Shown here piece after piece: positions 47,516-56,413 of a stretch of 64,000 nucleotides of DNA. The translations under genes and the position numbers were made by a program. Origin of the DNA: an uncultured Luteitalea sp. (GTDB taxonomy: Bacteria > Acidobacteriota > Vicinamibacteria > Vicinamibacterales > Vicinamibacteraceae). Below the pieces are notes generated by a model. It did not search any database. It saw nothing but the letters and a program-made list of their open reading frames with translations, and was not told the origin of the DNA. The first letter of the stretch is position 1, and each line of letters begins with the position of its first letter. The stretch lies in NCBI GenBank assembly GCA_934541105.1, contig CAKTDA010000005.1:155245-219244 (forward strand), given 5' to 3'.

Positions 47516-48891
47516 AACGCGTCGCGATAGTCGGCGCAGGCATCGGCGGGCTGGCCGTGGCTCACGCCCTGCTGAAGCAGGCGCATCGCGACCGCAGGCT
47601 CGACGTGGTCGTCCTCGAACGCGCACCGCGGGCCGGGGGCAACATCCGCACCGAGTCGATCGACGGGTTCCTCTGCGAGTGGGGACCGAACGGCTTCCTC
47701 GACAACGCGCCGGCAACGCTCGACCTCGTCCGCGACATCGGGCTGGCGCCGCGGCTCCAGCCGAGCGACGACCGCGCACGCCGCCGCTACGTGTTCCGCT
47801 ACGGGGCGCTCCACCCCCTGCCAGGCGGCCCGATCGACTTTGCGCGCAGCGGCCTGCTTTCGTGGCCCGGCAAGCTGCGGCTTGCGGCGGAGCCGTTCGC
47901 TCGGCGTCGGCCCGACGGCGACGAGACCATCCATGCATTCGCCGCGCGGCGCATCGGCGCGGAGGCGGCCGATGTCCTCATCGATGCCATGGTGTCGGGC
48001 GTGTTCGCCGGCGACGCACGCGCGCTGTCGCTGCACGCGTGCTTTCCCGCGATGTGGCAGATGGAAGATGCGCACGGCGGCCTGTTCCGCGCGCTGCTTG
48101 CCCGCCGGCGGCGCGGGGGGCGCCGGGATGGTGAGGCGATCGGATCTCCACTCGGGCGCCTCACGTCGTTCCGTGGCGGCGCCGAGGAGCTCGTCCGCGG
48201 CCTCGTCGGCGCCCTCGGCACCGCGCTGCGGACCGGGACCGAGGTGCAGGGCATGGCCCGCGTCGGCAACCGGTATCGGCTTGCCGTGACGGGCGGTGCG
48301 GCCGTCGATGCGGATGCCGTCGTCTTCGCGGCCGGCCCCGCCACGACGGCCCGGATCGTCCGCGACATCGACGTACCGCTCGCCGAGACGCTCGAGGGCC
48401 TGTCGCAGGCGGCCCCAATCGCGGTGATCTGCCTGGGATACCGCGCCGATCGGCTGCCGCGGCCGCTCGACGGCTTCGGCTTCCTCGTGCCGCGCAGCGA
48501 GGGCGTGCGCACGCTCGGCGTGCTGTGGGACTCGTCGATCTATCCGGGGCGGGCTCCTGAAGGCTCCGTGCTGCTGCGCGCGATGATCGGCGGCGCGACC
48601 GATCCCGGCGCGGCGACGCTCGACGATGCGCAGCTGCTCGACGTGGTGCGGAAGGACCTCCGCACCACGATGGGTCTCGACGCGATGCCCGAGCTCGTCC
48701 GCATCATCCGGCATCACGCGGGGATACCGCAGTACACCGTCGGGCACCTGGATCGGCTCCGGCTGGCGGAGCAGCGCCTTGCCGCGCTCCCCGGCCTCGC
48801 GCTTGCGGGCAATGGTTACCGCGGCGTGTCCATCAACACCTGCATCGCCGACGCCATCCCGCTGGCCGACCGCCTGCTGGCGGGTCGGTAG
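47512..48891 (+). CDS. hemY: HemY-type FAD-dependent protoporphyrinogen/coproporphyrinogen oxidase
   Basis: GTG 47512 in the frame of ORF 46981..48891, GTGA overlap with the hemH stop. VAIVGAGIGGLAVAH dinucleotide fold, ...GFLCEWGPNGF..., and C-terminal GNGYRGVSINTCI. Confidence 0.88.
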   Translation: MKRVAIVGAGIGGLAVAHALLKQAHRDRRLDVVVLERAPRAGGNIRTESIDGFLCEWGPNGFLDNAPATLDLVRDIGLAPRLQPSDDRARRRYVFRYGALHPLPGGPIDFARSGLLSWPGKLRLAAEPFARRRPDGDETIHAFAARRIGAEAADVLIDAMVSGVFAGDARALSLHACFPAMWQMEDAHGGLFRALLARRRRGGRRDGEAIGSPLGRLTSFRGGAEELVRGLVGALGTALRTGTEVQGMARVGNRYRLAVTGGAAVDADAVVFAAGPATTARIVRDIDVPLAETLEGLSQAAPIAVICLGYRADRLPRPLDGFGFLVPRSEGVRTLGVLWDSSIYPGRAPEGSVLLRAMIGGATDPGAATLDDAQLLDVVRKDLRTTMGLDAMPELVRIIRHHAGIPQYTVGHLDRLRLAEQRLAALPGLALAGNGYRGVSINTCIADAIPLADRLLAGR

Positions 48892-48968
48892 GTCCAATCG
48901 CTCGACGCACCTGCGTTGCGTCGCGCCGTGGCGGTCGCGATGACGGCCGATGCGGTACAGTCCGCGGC

Positions 48969-49865
48969 ATGCATCGCCGAGACTTCCTCTCCCACGCGGC
49001 GGCCATGGCCGCCGCCACGGTGCCGGCACGCGCGCTGGCGCAGGCCCCAGACGCCAACCCGTCGCCTGCCGGTCTCCCGCTCCCGGTCAGGGTCGGCATG
49101 ACCGACTGGAACCTGGGGCGGCGGGGCGACATCACGAAGATCGCGCTCGCCCGCGAGCTCGGCCTCGACGGCATCCAGGTGAGCCTGACGTTCCCGACCG
49201 ACGACAGTCCGCACCTGCGTCAACCGGAAACGCAGGCGGCCTTCAAGCGTGCGGCGCTGACGCACGGGATCCAGATCTGCTCGCTGGCCATCGGCAACCC
49301 GGGGAAGACGCGGCTGCCGTTCCACACGAACCCGGCGTCGGCGGTGCTGCTCGTCGAAGCGGTCGAGGTGGCACGCAACCTCGGCACGACGAACATCCTG
49401 CTGCCGATTCTCGGCACCAGCCACATCGACATGTCGAGCCAGGCCCAGGTGGACACGTTCGTGGCGATGATGAAGGAGGTCTCGCGCTACGCGGAGAAGG
49501 CCGGCGTCGTCATCGCGCTCGAGGACTGGATTTCGGCCGAGGACAACCTGCGGCTGCTCGACGCGATCGGCTCCGAGGCCGTCGGCGTGTACTACGACGC
49601 GCGCAACATCAAATCACGGCTGCACGACCCGTACGGCGAGCCCGCCAAGCTCAACAAGTGGATTGACCAGATTCACGTCAAGAACGGGCAGAAGCTGCTG
49701 CGCGAGCCGGAGCTGCTCGACTGGCCGCGACTCGCTCAGGAGTACGTGGACATCGGGTACCGCGGCTGGTACGTCCTCGAGACCGGCTCACCGACAGGTA
49801 ATTTCGCGGCCGATACACGGGCAAACATCGAGTACGTGCGCCGGACGTTCCGCATGCCTGGCTGA
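48969..49865 (+). CDS. xylose-isomerase-like TIM-barrel protein, Tat-exported
   Basis: ORF 48969..49865. MHRRDFLSHAAAMAAATVPARALA signal. IALEDW..., HVKNG and YRGWYVLET motifs. Confidence 0.88.
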   Translation: MHRRDFLSHAAAMAAATVPARALAQAPDANPSPAGLPLPVRVGMTDWNLGRRGDITKIALARELGLDGIQVSLTFPTDDSPHLRQPETQAAFKRAALTHGIQICSLAIGNPGKTRLPFHTNPASAVLLVEAVEVARNLGTTNILLPILGTSHIDMSSQAQVDTFVAMMKEVSRYAEKAGVVIALEDWISAEDNLRLLDAIGSEAVGVYYDARNIKSRLHDPYGEPAKLNKWIDQIHVKNGQKLLREPELLDWPRLAQEYVDIGYRGWYVLETGSPTGNFAADTRANIEYVRRTFRMPG

Positions 49866-49928
49866 TGAGTTCGGGGGCGCAGCGGGCGAAGGTGGAACCT
49901 TCTGACCCCTTCCCGTCGGAGGCACATC

Positions 49929-50224
49929 ATGGTTCCCGCACGCCGGCTGAAGCCGCTCGTTGGCTGTCTGCTGTCCACCCTTCTCTGTTTCACGCCCCTG
50001 CCCGCAGCGGCACAGGCGATTTACGGTACGGTCACCGGCCAGGTCGAGGACGACTCCGGTGCGGCCGTCCCCGGCGCCACGGTCCAACTCGCGAACGAAG
50101 CGACCGGTCTTCAACTCGATGGCGTGAGTGACGAGAACGGCACGTACACGATCCGCAACGTCACGGCAGGTCCGTACACGCTGCGCGCGTCGCTGCAAGG
50201 CTTCAAGGAGTTCGTCCAGACCGG
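49929..50224 (+). pseudogene. 5' fragment of a CarboxypepD_reg/TonB-dependent receptor gene
   Basis: ORF 49929..50534 has a GGAGG RBS and a signal peptide. GTVTGQVEDDSGAAVPGATVQLANEATG...ENGTYTIRNVTAGPYTLRASLQGFKEF parallels the N-terminus of the 22012 receptor. After about codon 98 the frame becomes Arg/Ala-rich with no coding character. Confidence 0.65.
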
Positions 50225-50352
50225 ACGCGTACTACGCGGGGACCTCGCCACTCGACTACGGTGGCACGCGCGTCGAGGCGCTCGGCCTGCCGCGCGAGGT
50301 GCTGGAGAAGTTCTACTTCCGCAACGCGCAGCGGTTGATTGGCGTGCAGTAG
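50225..50352 (+). pseudogene. 3' fragment of an amidohydrolase-2-type gene
   Basis: Frame of ORF 50128..50352 ends ...YYAGTSPLDYGGTRVEALGLPREVLEKFYFRNAQRLIGVQ. This resembles the C-terminus of the 61006 amidohydrolase (...VYGLHLPDDVLEKVYRTNADRVLGW). No N-terminal part is present. Confidence 0.5.
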
Positions 50353-50391
50353 CCGGCCCTCGGCACCCGGCCCGCCTTCCCGGGGTTGCCG

Positions 50392-51690
50392 TCAGGAGCC
50401 TCTTGCCCATTCGGGCGGCTGGCGGAGCCGATGGAGCATCTCGCCGGCCTTTCGCACGAGCAGGACGCCCTCGTCCTTCCTGTTGGCGAACGACTCGACG
50501 TCGATCGTCGCCGGATCGCGGTAGCCGAGGTTGATCTGGTGGCAGATCGCCTCGGGGATCTGGCTCGCGACGGTGACCTTGATGCGGCAGCGCTCGACGC
50601 CGTCCTCGTAGGTGCCGATGCCGCGCACATGGGTCGAGTGGGCCAGCACGCCCCACGGCAGGTGGCCGAAGCGGTCCCATTGCGCGCGGAAGTAGTCGCG
50701 GCAGTGGTAGCCGATCTCGAGCAGCAGCCGGCCATGCGTCACCGACACCTCACGGATGTGCGGGGCGTAGATGATCAACTCGCCCCCGTCGGCCACGACG
50801 GGCTCGAGCTTGTACATGCCCTTGCCGCCGGTCCAGAGGTCCTCGTACATCGGCGGGACGCACGACAGCACCGTGTGATACGGGCGCTCCTCGTAGACGA
50901 TGTGCGTGCGCCGCGAGAGTTCGCTGGCCTCGGTCCACGCGGCCTCCGGCGTCCCGCCGAAGATCCCCGCGAGCGCGCCGTCAGGGCGCACGACGAGGCA
51001 GAAGCACGTGCGCGGGGTGGAGACGAGCGCGCCGGCGGCGTCCACGATCCGGCGCACCGGCGTCCACTTGCTCCCGATGATCATCGGGTTGGTGACGACG
51101 GCGCCGAGCCAGTGGAAGAAGTTGAGGATCTCGGGACCGCTCACGCCGGGGAACAGGTACTTGTTCCCGCCGGAGAACCCGACGACCTCGTGCGGGAACA
51201 CGGGGCCGATGATGACCACCTGGTCGTACTCGAGGACGCGGCGGTTGATGGCGACCGGCACGTCGGTGTCGAACGCGCCGTCGGTGAGTTCGGCCACGCG
51301 GGCGCCGTCGAGCACGCCGATGCGCTCGAGCGCCGCCGGGTTGTCCCACTCGTGGTTGAAGAACCCGACGTCCCGATACGTCCCCTGCCGCTCCTCCATC
51401 GTCATGTCGAGGCGCCGGCAGATGGCCTCCTCGCTCATCGGCTGGTGCGTCCCGAGCGCGATCAGCACGTCGAGCCGCGCCACGGTGCCGGCCAGTTGCT
51501 CGTGCAGCAGGCGGAAGACCGTGCCGACGGGTGCCGTGCGCGTGCCGTCTGGCACGATGGCCAGCACGCGCTGGCCGCGCCAGCGATCGGCAGGACAGGT
51601 GCGCGCGAGGACGTCGGCAACCGACGCCGGCGTCACCGCCGCATCAGCGCCGGCAACGGCGGAGTGGCAGGGTGCGGAGGGAGCGTTCAC
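50392..51690 (-). CDS. LarA-like (DUF2088, nickel-pincer-dependent 2-hydroxyacid racemase/epimerase family) protein
   Basis: ORF 50392..51690 (GTG start). VLAIVPDGTRT, LIALGTHQPM, PHEVVGFSGGNKYLFPG (the Lys-containing GG.K motif used for cofactor tethering in LarA), and AHSTH. Confidence 0.85.
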   Translation of the reverse strand: MNAPSAPCHSAVAGADAAVTPASVADVLARTCPADRWRGQRVLAIVPDGTRTAPVGTVFRLLHEQLAGTVARLDVLIALGTHQPMSEEAICRRLDMTMEERQGTYRDVGFFNHEWDNPAALERIGVLDGARVAELTDGAFDTDVPVAINRRVLEYDQVVIIGPVFPHEVVGFSGGNKYLFPGVSGPEILNFFHWLGAVVTNPMIIGSKWTPVRRIVDAAGALVSTPRTCFCLVVRPDGALAGIFGGTPEAAWTEASELSRRTHIVYEERPYHTVLSCVPPMYEDLWTGGKGMYKLEPVVADGGELIIYAPHIREVSVTHGRLLLEIGYHCRDYFRAQWDRFGHLPWGVLAHSTHVRGIGTYEDGVERCRIKVTVASQIPEAICHQINLGYRDPATIDVESFANRKDEGVLLVRKAGEMLHRLRQPPEWARGS

Positions 51691-51704
51691 GGAGGGGAGA
51701 TCTT

Positions 51705-51732
51705 AACGCCGAACGCCGAACGCCGAACGCCG
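51705..51732. repeat. AACGCCG x4 exact tandem heptamers
   Basis: aacgccg aacgccg aacgccg aacgccg, between the LarA-like start (51690) and the GNAT stop (51735). Confidence 0.95.
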
Positions 51733-51734
51733 CA

Positions 51735-52628
51735 CTACCCGAACTCGGGGCCGATGCTGGCAAACGAGCGGGTGGGATCGGCGAGGGGGCGCCAGTCGCC
51801 CTTGTACATGCGTGCGAACGGACGCTGCGCGGTGAAGCCGAGCGACTCGACGGTCGCTCGCCAGTGGGGTTGCGCGTCCGCGATGTCGAGGATCAGCGGC
51901 TGGCTCGCGTGCGCGGTGACGCAGGCGCGGAGCAGGTGTCCGGCGATGTCGAGCGAGTCGGCAACGAGCGGGCCGAGGTGGGTGAACCGATGGCCGCGTC
52001 GGCCGAGCAGCATGCCCTGGATGTCAGGGCCCGACGAAGCGACCCATGCGAGGTTGGCCGCACCCTCGAGCAGCCACGTGAGCATCACGCGCCGATCGAG
52101 TCCGGTTGCCCGAGCGTCGAGTGCGCCAATCGCGTCGAGATCCGACAGCGTGGCAGGGCAGACGCCGATGGTCGCGGCAGAGTGATCGGCAGGAGAGTCC
52201 GGTGCCGCCGGTGCGTCGGGTTCACGCGCCATGCGCGTCAGCGTTGCGTCCGGACGGAACCCGAGCTTCTCGTAGAGCGGCTGCCCGAGCGGCGTGGCGT
52301 CGAGGCCCACCGTCGCGGCGTCGGCGACTGCGTCGAGTCCACGCGCAAGCAGTGCGCCGCCGACACCCTGCCCGCGCGCGGCCGGATCGACAAGGACCAT
52401 CGCCAGCCATGCCAACGTGGGGCCGCCCGGCCTCGCCCCCGCCGCGTCGTAGCGCATCGTCGCCACCGAGCCGATCACGGTCCCGGCGTCATCGACGGCA
52501 ACCGTGGCCGTCCCGGCGGGGACGAAGCGATCCCAGTCGCGCGCGACCTGGTTCCAGTGGCTCAGCCGACAGAGGCGCAGGCCGGCCTCGACATCGCCGG
52601 GCGTCATCGCACGCAGGCTCATCGCCAT
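51735..52628 (-). CDS. GNAT-family N-acetyltransferase (two-domain type)
   Basis: Internal ATG (comp. 52626-52628; alternative 52637) of ORF 51735..53858. VLVDPAARGQGVGGALL acetyl-CoA motif and YEKLGF. Confidence 0.8.
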   Translation of the reverse strand: MAMSLRAMTPGDVEAGLRLCRLSHWNQVARDWDRFVPAGTATVAVDDAGTVIGSVATMRYDAAGARPGGPTLAWLAMVLVDPAARGQGVGGALLARGLDAVADAATVGLDATPLGQPLYEKLGFRPDATLTRMAREPDAPAAPDSPADHSAATIGVCPATLSDLDAIGALDARATGLDRRVMLTWLLEGAANLAWVASSGPDIQGMLLGRRGHRFTHLGPLVADSLDIAGHLLRACVTAHASQPLILDIADAQPHWRATVESLGFTAQRPFARMYKGDWRPLADPTRSFASIGPEFG

Positions 52629-52739
52629 CGCGACCATTGTGAACGCACCCGGCCATCCCGCGAAGCATTCGACGCCGCCGCGCAGTCCTTGCCCGGAGGC
52701 CGCCCACCGAAGCAGGGCGGAGGGTAGAATGCGGCCGAC

Positions 52740-53795
52740 ATGCCCGCCCCGCACCACGATTCCGGCCTGCCCGACACCATCGCCGATCGCGAACACCTCG
52801 AGGACCTCCTCAGTACGCCGTCCGCCGCCGCCGTGGACGCGCTCGGCCGTGTGCCGGGCGACATCGTGGTGCTTGGCGTGGCAGGGAAGATGGGCCCGAC
52901 GCTGGCCCGCATGGCGCGCCGGGCAGCCGATGCGGCCGGCACGCCGCGCCGCGTGATTGGCGTCTCGCGCTTCAGCGAAGCCGGGCAGGACGTCGCCCTG
53001 CAGGCGCACGGGGTCGAGACGATTGCCTGCGACCTGCTCGACGAAGCGGCGCTTGCCGCACTGCCCGACGCGCCGCTCGTCGTCTACATGGCCGGCCGCA
53101 AGTTCGGGTCGTCCGGTCAGGAATCGCTTACATGGGCCATGAACGCGTACCTGCCGGCCGTCGTCGCGCGCCGGTACGCCGGCAGCCGCATTGCCGCCTT
53201 CTCGACCGGCAACGTCTACGGGCTCACGGCAGCCGGTCGCGGCGGGTCGCAGGAGGGCGATGCCCCGATGCCGGTGGGCGAGTACGCGATGAGCTGCCTC
53301 GGCCGCGAACGCATGTTCGAGCACATGAGCCGGACGCACGGCACGCCCCTCGCGATCCTGCGGCTCAACTACGCGACGGAGATGCGGTACGGCCTGCTCG
53401 TCGATCTCGCGCGCAAGGTCGCGGCTGGCGAGGTCATCGATCTCGCCATGGGCTACGCCAACGTGATCTGGCAGGGCGATGCGAATGCGATGGCGATTGC
53501 CGCACTCGCGCACGCCGCGTCGCCGCCGTACGTGGTGAACCTCGCCGGCCGCGAGGAGTTCGCGGTGCGCGACGTGTGCGTGGCGCTCGGCAGGCGCCTC
53601 GGGCGTGAGCCGCAGTTCACGGGGACCGAAGCGGGTGATGCGCTCCTGAGCAACGGCAGCCGCGGGTGGACGGATCTTGGCGCGCCGCAGGTGAGCCTCG
53701 AACGGCTGATCGACTGGACGGCAGACTGGGTGGCCCGCGGCGGATCGAGCCTCGGCAAGCCGACCCACTTCGAGTCGCGGGACGGGAGGTTCTGA
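52740..53795 (+). CDS. NAD-dependent epimerase/dehydratase-family protein
   Basis: ORF 52740..53795. VVLGVAGKMGPTLA glycine-rich motif and YAMSCLGRE (YxxxK-like region). SDR-extended size. Confidence 0.85.
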   Translation: MPAPHHDSGLPDTIADREHLEDLLSTPSAAAVDALGRVPGDIVVLGVAGKMGPTLARMARRAADAAGTPRRVIGVSRFSEAGQDVALQAHGVETIACDLLDEAALAALPDAPLVVYMAGRKFGSSGQESLTWAMNAYLPAVVARRYAGSRIAAFSTGNVYGLTAAGRGGSQEGDAPMPVGEYAMSCLGRERMFEHMSRTHGTPLAILRLNYATEMRYGLLVDLARKVAAGEVIDLAMGYANVIWQGDANAMAIAALAHAASPPYVVNLAGREEFAVRDVCVALGRRLGREPQFTGTEAGDALLSNGSRGWTDLGAPQVSLERLIDWTADWVARGGSSLGKPTHFESRDGRF

Positions 53796-54838
53796 TGGAC
53801 ACGCGCGTACGCCAGGCATTCGACCGCGGGCTCGCGATTCCGGCCCATCCCCTTGCACTCACGGAGTCCGGCGCGTTCGACGAGCGCCGCCAGCGCGCGC
53901 TGACGCGCTACTACGTCGCGGCCGGCGCCGGCGGGCTTGCGGTGGGCGTCCACACGACGCAGTTCGCGATTCGCCGCGCCGACGTCGGGCTCTTCGAGCC
54001 GGTGCTGTCGCTTGCGCGCGAGGAGATGGACCGTGCCGATGCCGGACGTGACGTCCCGCTCGTGCGCATCGGTGGCGTCGTCGGCGACACGGCGCAGGCG
54101 TGTGCGGAGGCCGAACTGCTGGCGTCGCTCGGCTACCATGCCGGCCTGCTGAGCCTTGCCGCGTTGCGCGGTGCCGACGATGACGCACTCGTCGCGCACT
54201 GCCGCGCGGTGGCCGAACGCATCCCGGTCGTCGGGTTCTACCTGCAGCCCTCGGTGGGGGGGCGGCGCCTCTCGTATGCGTTCTGGCGACGCTTTGCCGG
54301 GATCCCCGGCGTCATCGGCATCAAGATCGCGCCGTTCAATCGTTACCAGACGCTCGACGTCGTCCGTGGCGTCGTGGACGCCGGGCGCGACGACATCGCG
54401 CTCTACACCGGCAACGACGATGCGATCGTCGCCGATCTCGTGACGGCATTCCCCGCGGGCGACGGCCGCGAGCGCCGCATCGTCGGCGGCCTGCTGGGGC
54501 ACTGGGCGGTCTGGACCTCGTCGGCCGTGCAGCTGCTCGGAGAGTGCCAGGCCGCGGCGCGCGACACGCACGTCCCGGCCGCGCTGCTGCGACGCGGGAT
54601 CGAAGTCACCGATGCCAACGCGGCATTCTTCGACGCGGCGAACGACTTTGCCGGATGCATTGCCGGCATCCACGAGGTGCTCCGCCGGCAGGGCCTGCTC
54701 ACCACGACGCGCTGCCTCGATCCGGACGAGACGTTCGGCCCCGGCCAGCTGGCCGAGATCGATCGCGTGTATGCCGCCTACCCGCACCTGGCCGACGACG
54801 CGTTCGTCGCGCAGCACCTCGACGAGTGGCTGCGGTAG
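53795..54838 (+). CDS. dihydrodipicolinate-synthase-like (class I aldolase fold) family protein
   Basis: ATG 53795 in the frame of ORF 53666..54838. TGATG overlap with the epimerase stop, GGGAGG upstream. TIM-barrel pattern ...GGLAVGVHTTQF..., VVGFYLQP and IGIKIAPF. Confidence 0.75.
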   Translation: MDTRVRQAFDRGLAIPAHPLALTESGAFDERRQRALTRYYVAAGAGGLAVGVHTTQFAIRRADVGLFEPVLSLAREEMDRADAGRDVPLVRIGGVVGDTAQACAEAELLASLGYHAGLLSLAALRGADDDALVAHCRAVAERIPVVGFYLQPSVGGRRLSYAFWRRFAGIPGVIGIKIAPFNRYQTLDVVRGVVDAGRDDIALYTGNDDAIVADLVTAFPAGDGRERRIVGGLLGHWAVWTSSAVQLLGECQAAARDTHVPAALLRRGIEVTDANAAFFDAANDFAGCIAGIHEVLRRQGLLTTTRCLDPDETFGPGQLAEIDRVYAAYPHLADDAFVAQHLDEWLR

Positions 54839-54872
54839 CTGCGTCGCCGGCGGCCGTGCGTGGGGCCGGTGC

Positions 54873-56363
54873 TCACGCCGGCTGCACGTTGGCGTTCAGG
54901 CGGAACAGGTTCTGCGGGTCGTACTGCCGCTTCACGGCACCCATCCGCGGGAAGTTCTCGCGGTAGTTGGCGTCGAGCACGGCCCGCGATTCGTCGGCGA
55001 CCTCGTTGACGTAGAACCCGCTCGTCAACGGCTCGAGCGTCGCCCAGTATTTCCTCGCCGCGGCGATGTGGGCGGATCCGTCGTCGCCCGTCTTCCATCC
55101 GACGGCGTGCATCAGGCTCAGCGCTGCGTGACGGTGCGGGAACGCGCACGCCGTGACGGGCACGCGAGAAATCGCACCGCCTGCCTGCTGCGAGAAGACC
55201 ATCGTCAACCGCGACGGATCGGGATTGAACCCGTCGAGGATGCCGGCGATGAGTTCGTCGCTGATACCCGTCGTGAAGCCGCTCTTGAGGTAGAGCGCAA
55301 GCGCGCGCGGGTCGGTGCGGTCGCCCGATCGCTGGAACGCGACGTAGTCGGTGGCCTTCACGGAATCGGCAAGCGGCGTCCCGAGCGTGCGCAGCGGTGC
55401 GAGATCGCGATCGGCGTTCGTGCCGCAATAGCAGGCCTGGATCACCATGACGCCGGGCTCGTTGCCGGGCGGCTGCTGCATCGAGAAGTCGAGCTGCAAC
55501 TGGTCGGGTGCCTGCGGTCCGAAGTCGCCGAGGAAGCGCAGGACGTCGCGCGACTTCGCGATCGGATACACGAGGTTGCCCGCGACGAACTGCGCGGGTC
55601 GCGGGTGCAACTGGAACTCGAACGTCGTGACGATGCCGAAGTTGCCGCCGCCACCGCGCACGCCCCAATAGAGGTCGGCGTTGTCGGTCGCATCGGCGTG
55701 TCGCAACTGGCCGTCGGCATTGACGACGTCCACCGACATCACGTTGTCCACGGCAAGGCCCAGCGTGCGGGCGAGCCTGCCGAAGCCGCCGCCGGTGGTG
55801 AGCCCGCCGACGCCTGTGTGCGACACCGTGCCGAGCGTCGTGACGAGGTTGTAGGCGGCCGTCTCGTGATCGACGAGCCCGAGCAGGGAGCCGCCCTCGA
55901 CCCACGCACGCCTCGCCCGGGGATCGATGCGGATGCCCCGCATGCCCGAGAGGTCGATCATCATGCCGCGTTCGCAGGTCGACATGCCCGAGAAGCTGTG
56001 TCCGCCGCACTTCACGGCCAGGAGCACACCGTGCGCTGCGGCAAACGACACGGCCCGGCGCACGTCGGCGGTGCAGGTCGGCTGCACGATGAGCGCCGGG
56101 TGGCGATCGATGGCGCCGTTGAGGACGTGGCGCGCCGTCTCGTAGCCGGCGCTGTTCGGGAGGAGCACGGGACCACGCAGCCCGGCCGACAAGTCCTTGA
56201 TGGCCCCTGCGGCAATCGTGACGTGCGATCCGTCGCCGCGAACCGCCTCGATGGCGCTGTCGAATGCCGAGCCGATCCGGCTGAATGCAGACGACGTGCG
56301 GGGTGAGAACGACAGCAATCCTGTGGCAGCGACAGCCGTGTGCAGGAACGCGCGTCGGCGCAT
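54873..56363 (-). CDS. FAD-linked oxidase with BBE-like C-terminus, Tat-exported
   Basis: ORF 54873..56363, GGGAGG RBS. MRRRAFLHTAVAATG signal. GGHSFSG, GVGGLTTGGGFG and C-terminal KRQYDPQNLFRLNANV (berberine-bridge-type tail). Confidence 0.88.
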   Translation of the reverse strand: MRRRAFLHTAVAATGLLSFSPRTSSAFSRIGSAFDSAIEAVRGDGSHVTIAAGAIKDLSAGLRGPVLLPNSAGYETARHVLNGAIDRHPALIVQPTCTADVRRAVSFAAAHGVLLAVKCGGHSFSGMSTCERGMMIDLSGMRGIRIDPRARRAWVEGGSLLGLVDHETAAYNLVTTLGTVSHTGVGGLTTGGGFGRLARTLGLAVDNVMSVDVVNADGQLRHADATDNADLYWGVRGGGGNFGIVTTFEFQLHPRPAQFVAGNLVYPIAKSRDVLRFLGDFGPQAPDQLQLDFSMQQPPGNEPGVMVIQACYCGTNADRDLAPLRTLGTPLADSVKATDYVAFQRSGDRTDPRALALYLKSGFTTGISDELIAGILDGFNPDPSRLTMVFSQQAGGAISRVPVTACAFPHRHAALSLMHAVGWKTGDDGSAHIAAARKYWATLEPLTSGFYVNEVADESRAVLDANYRENFPRMGAVKRQYDPQNLFRLNANVQPA

Positions 56364-56413
56364 GGATACCTCCCATGCGTAGAACGCTCGGGAGGGCGAT
56401 CGAGAACGGCGTC

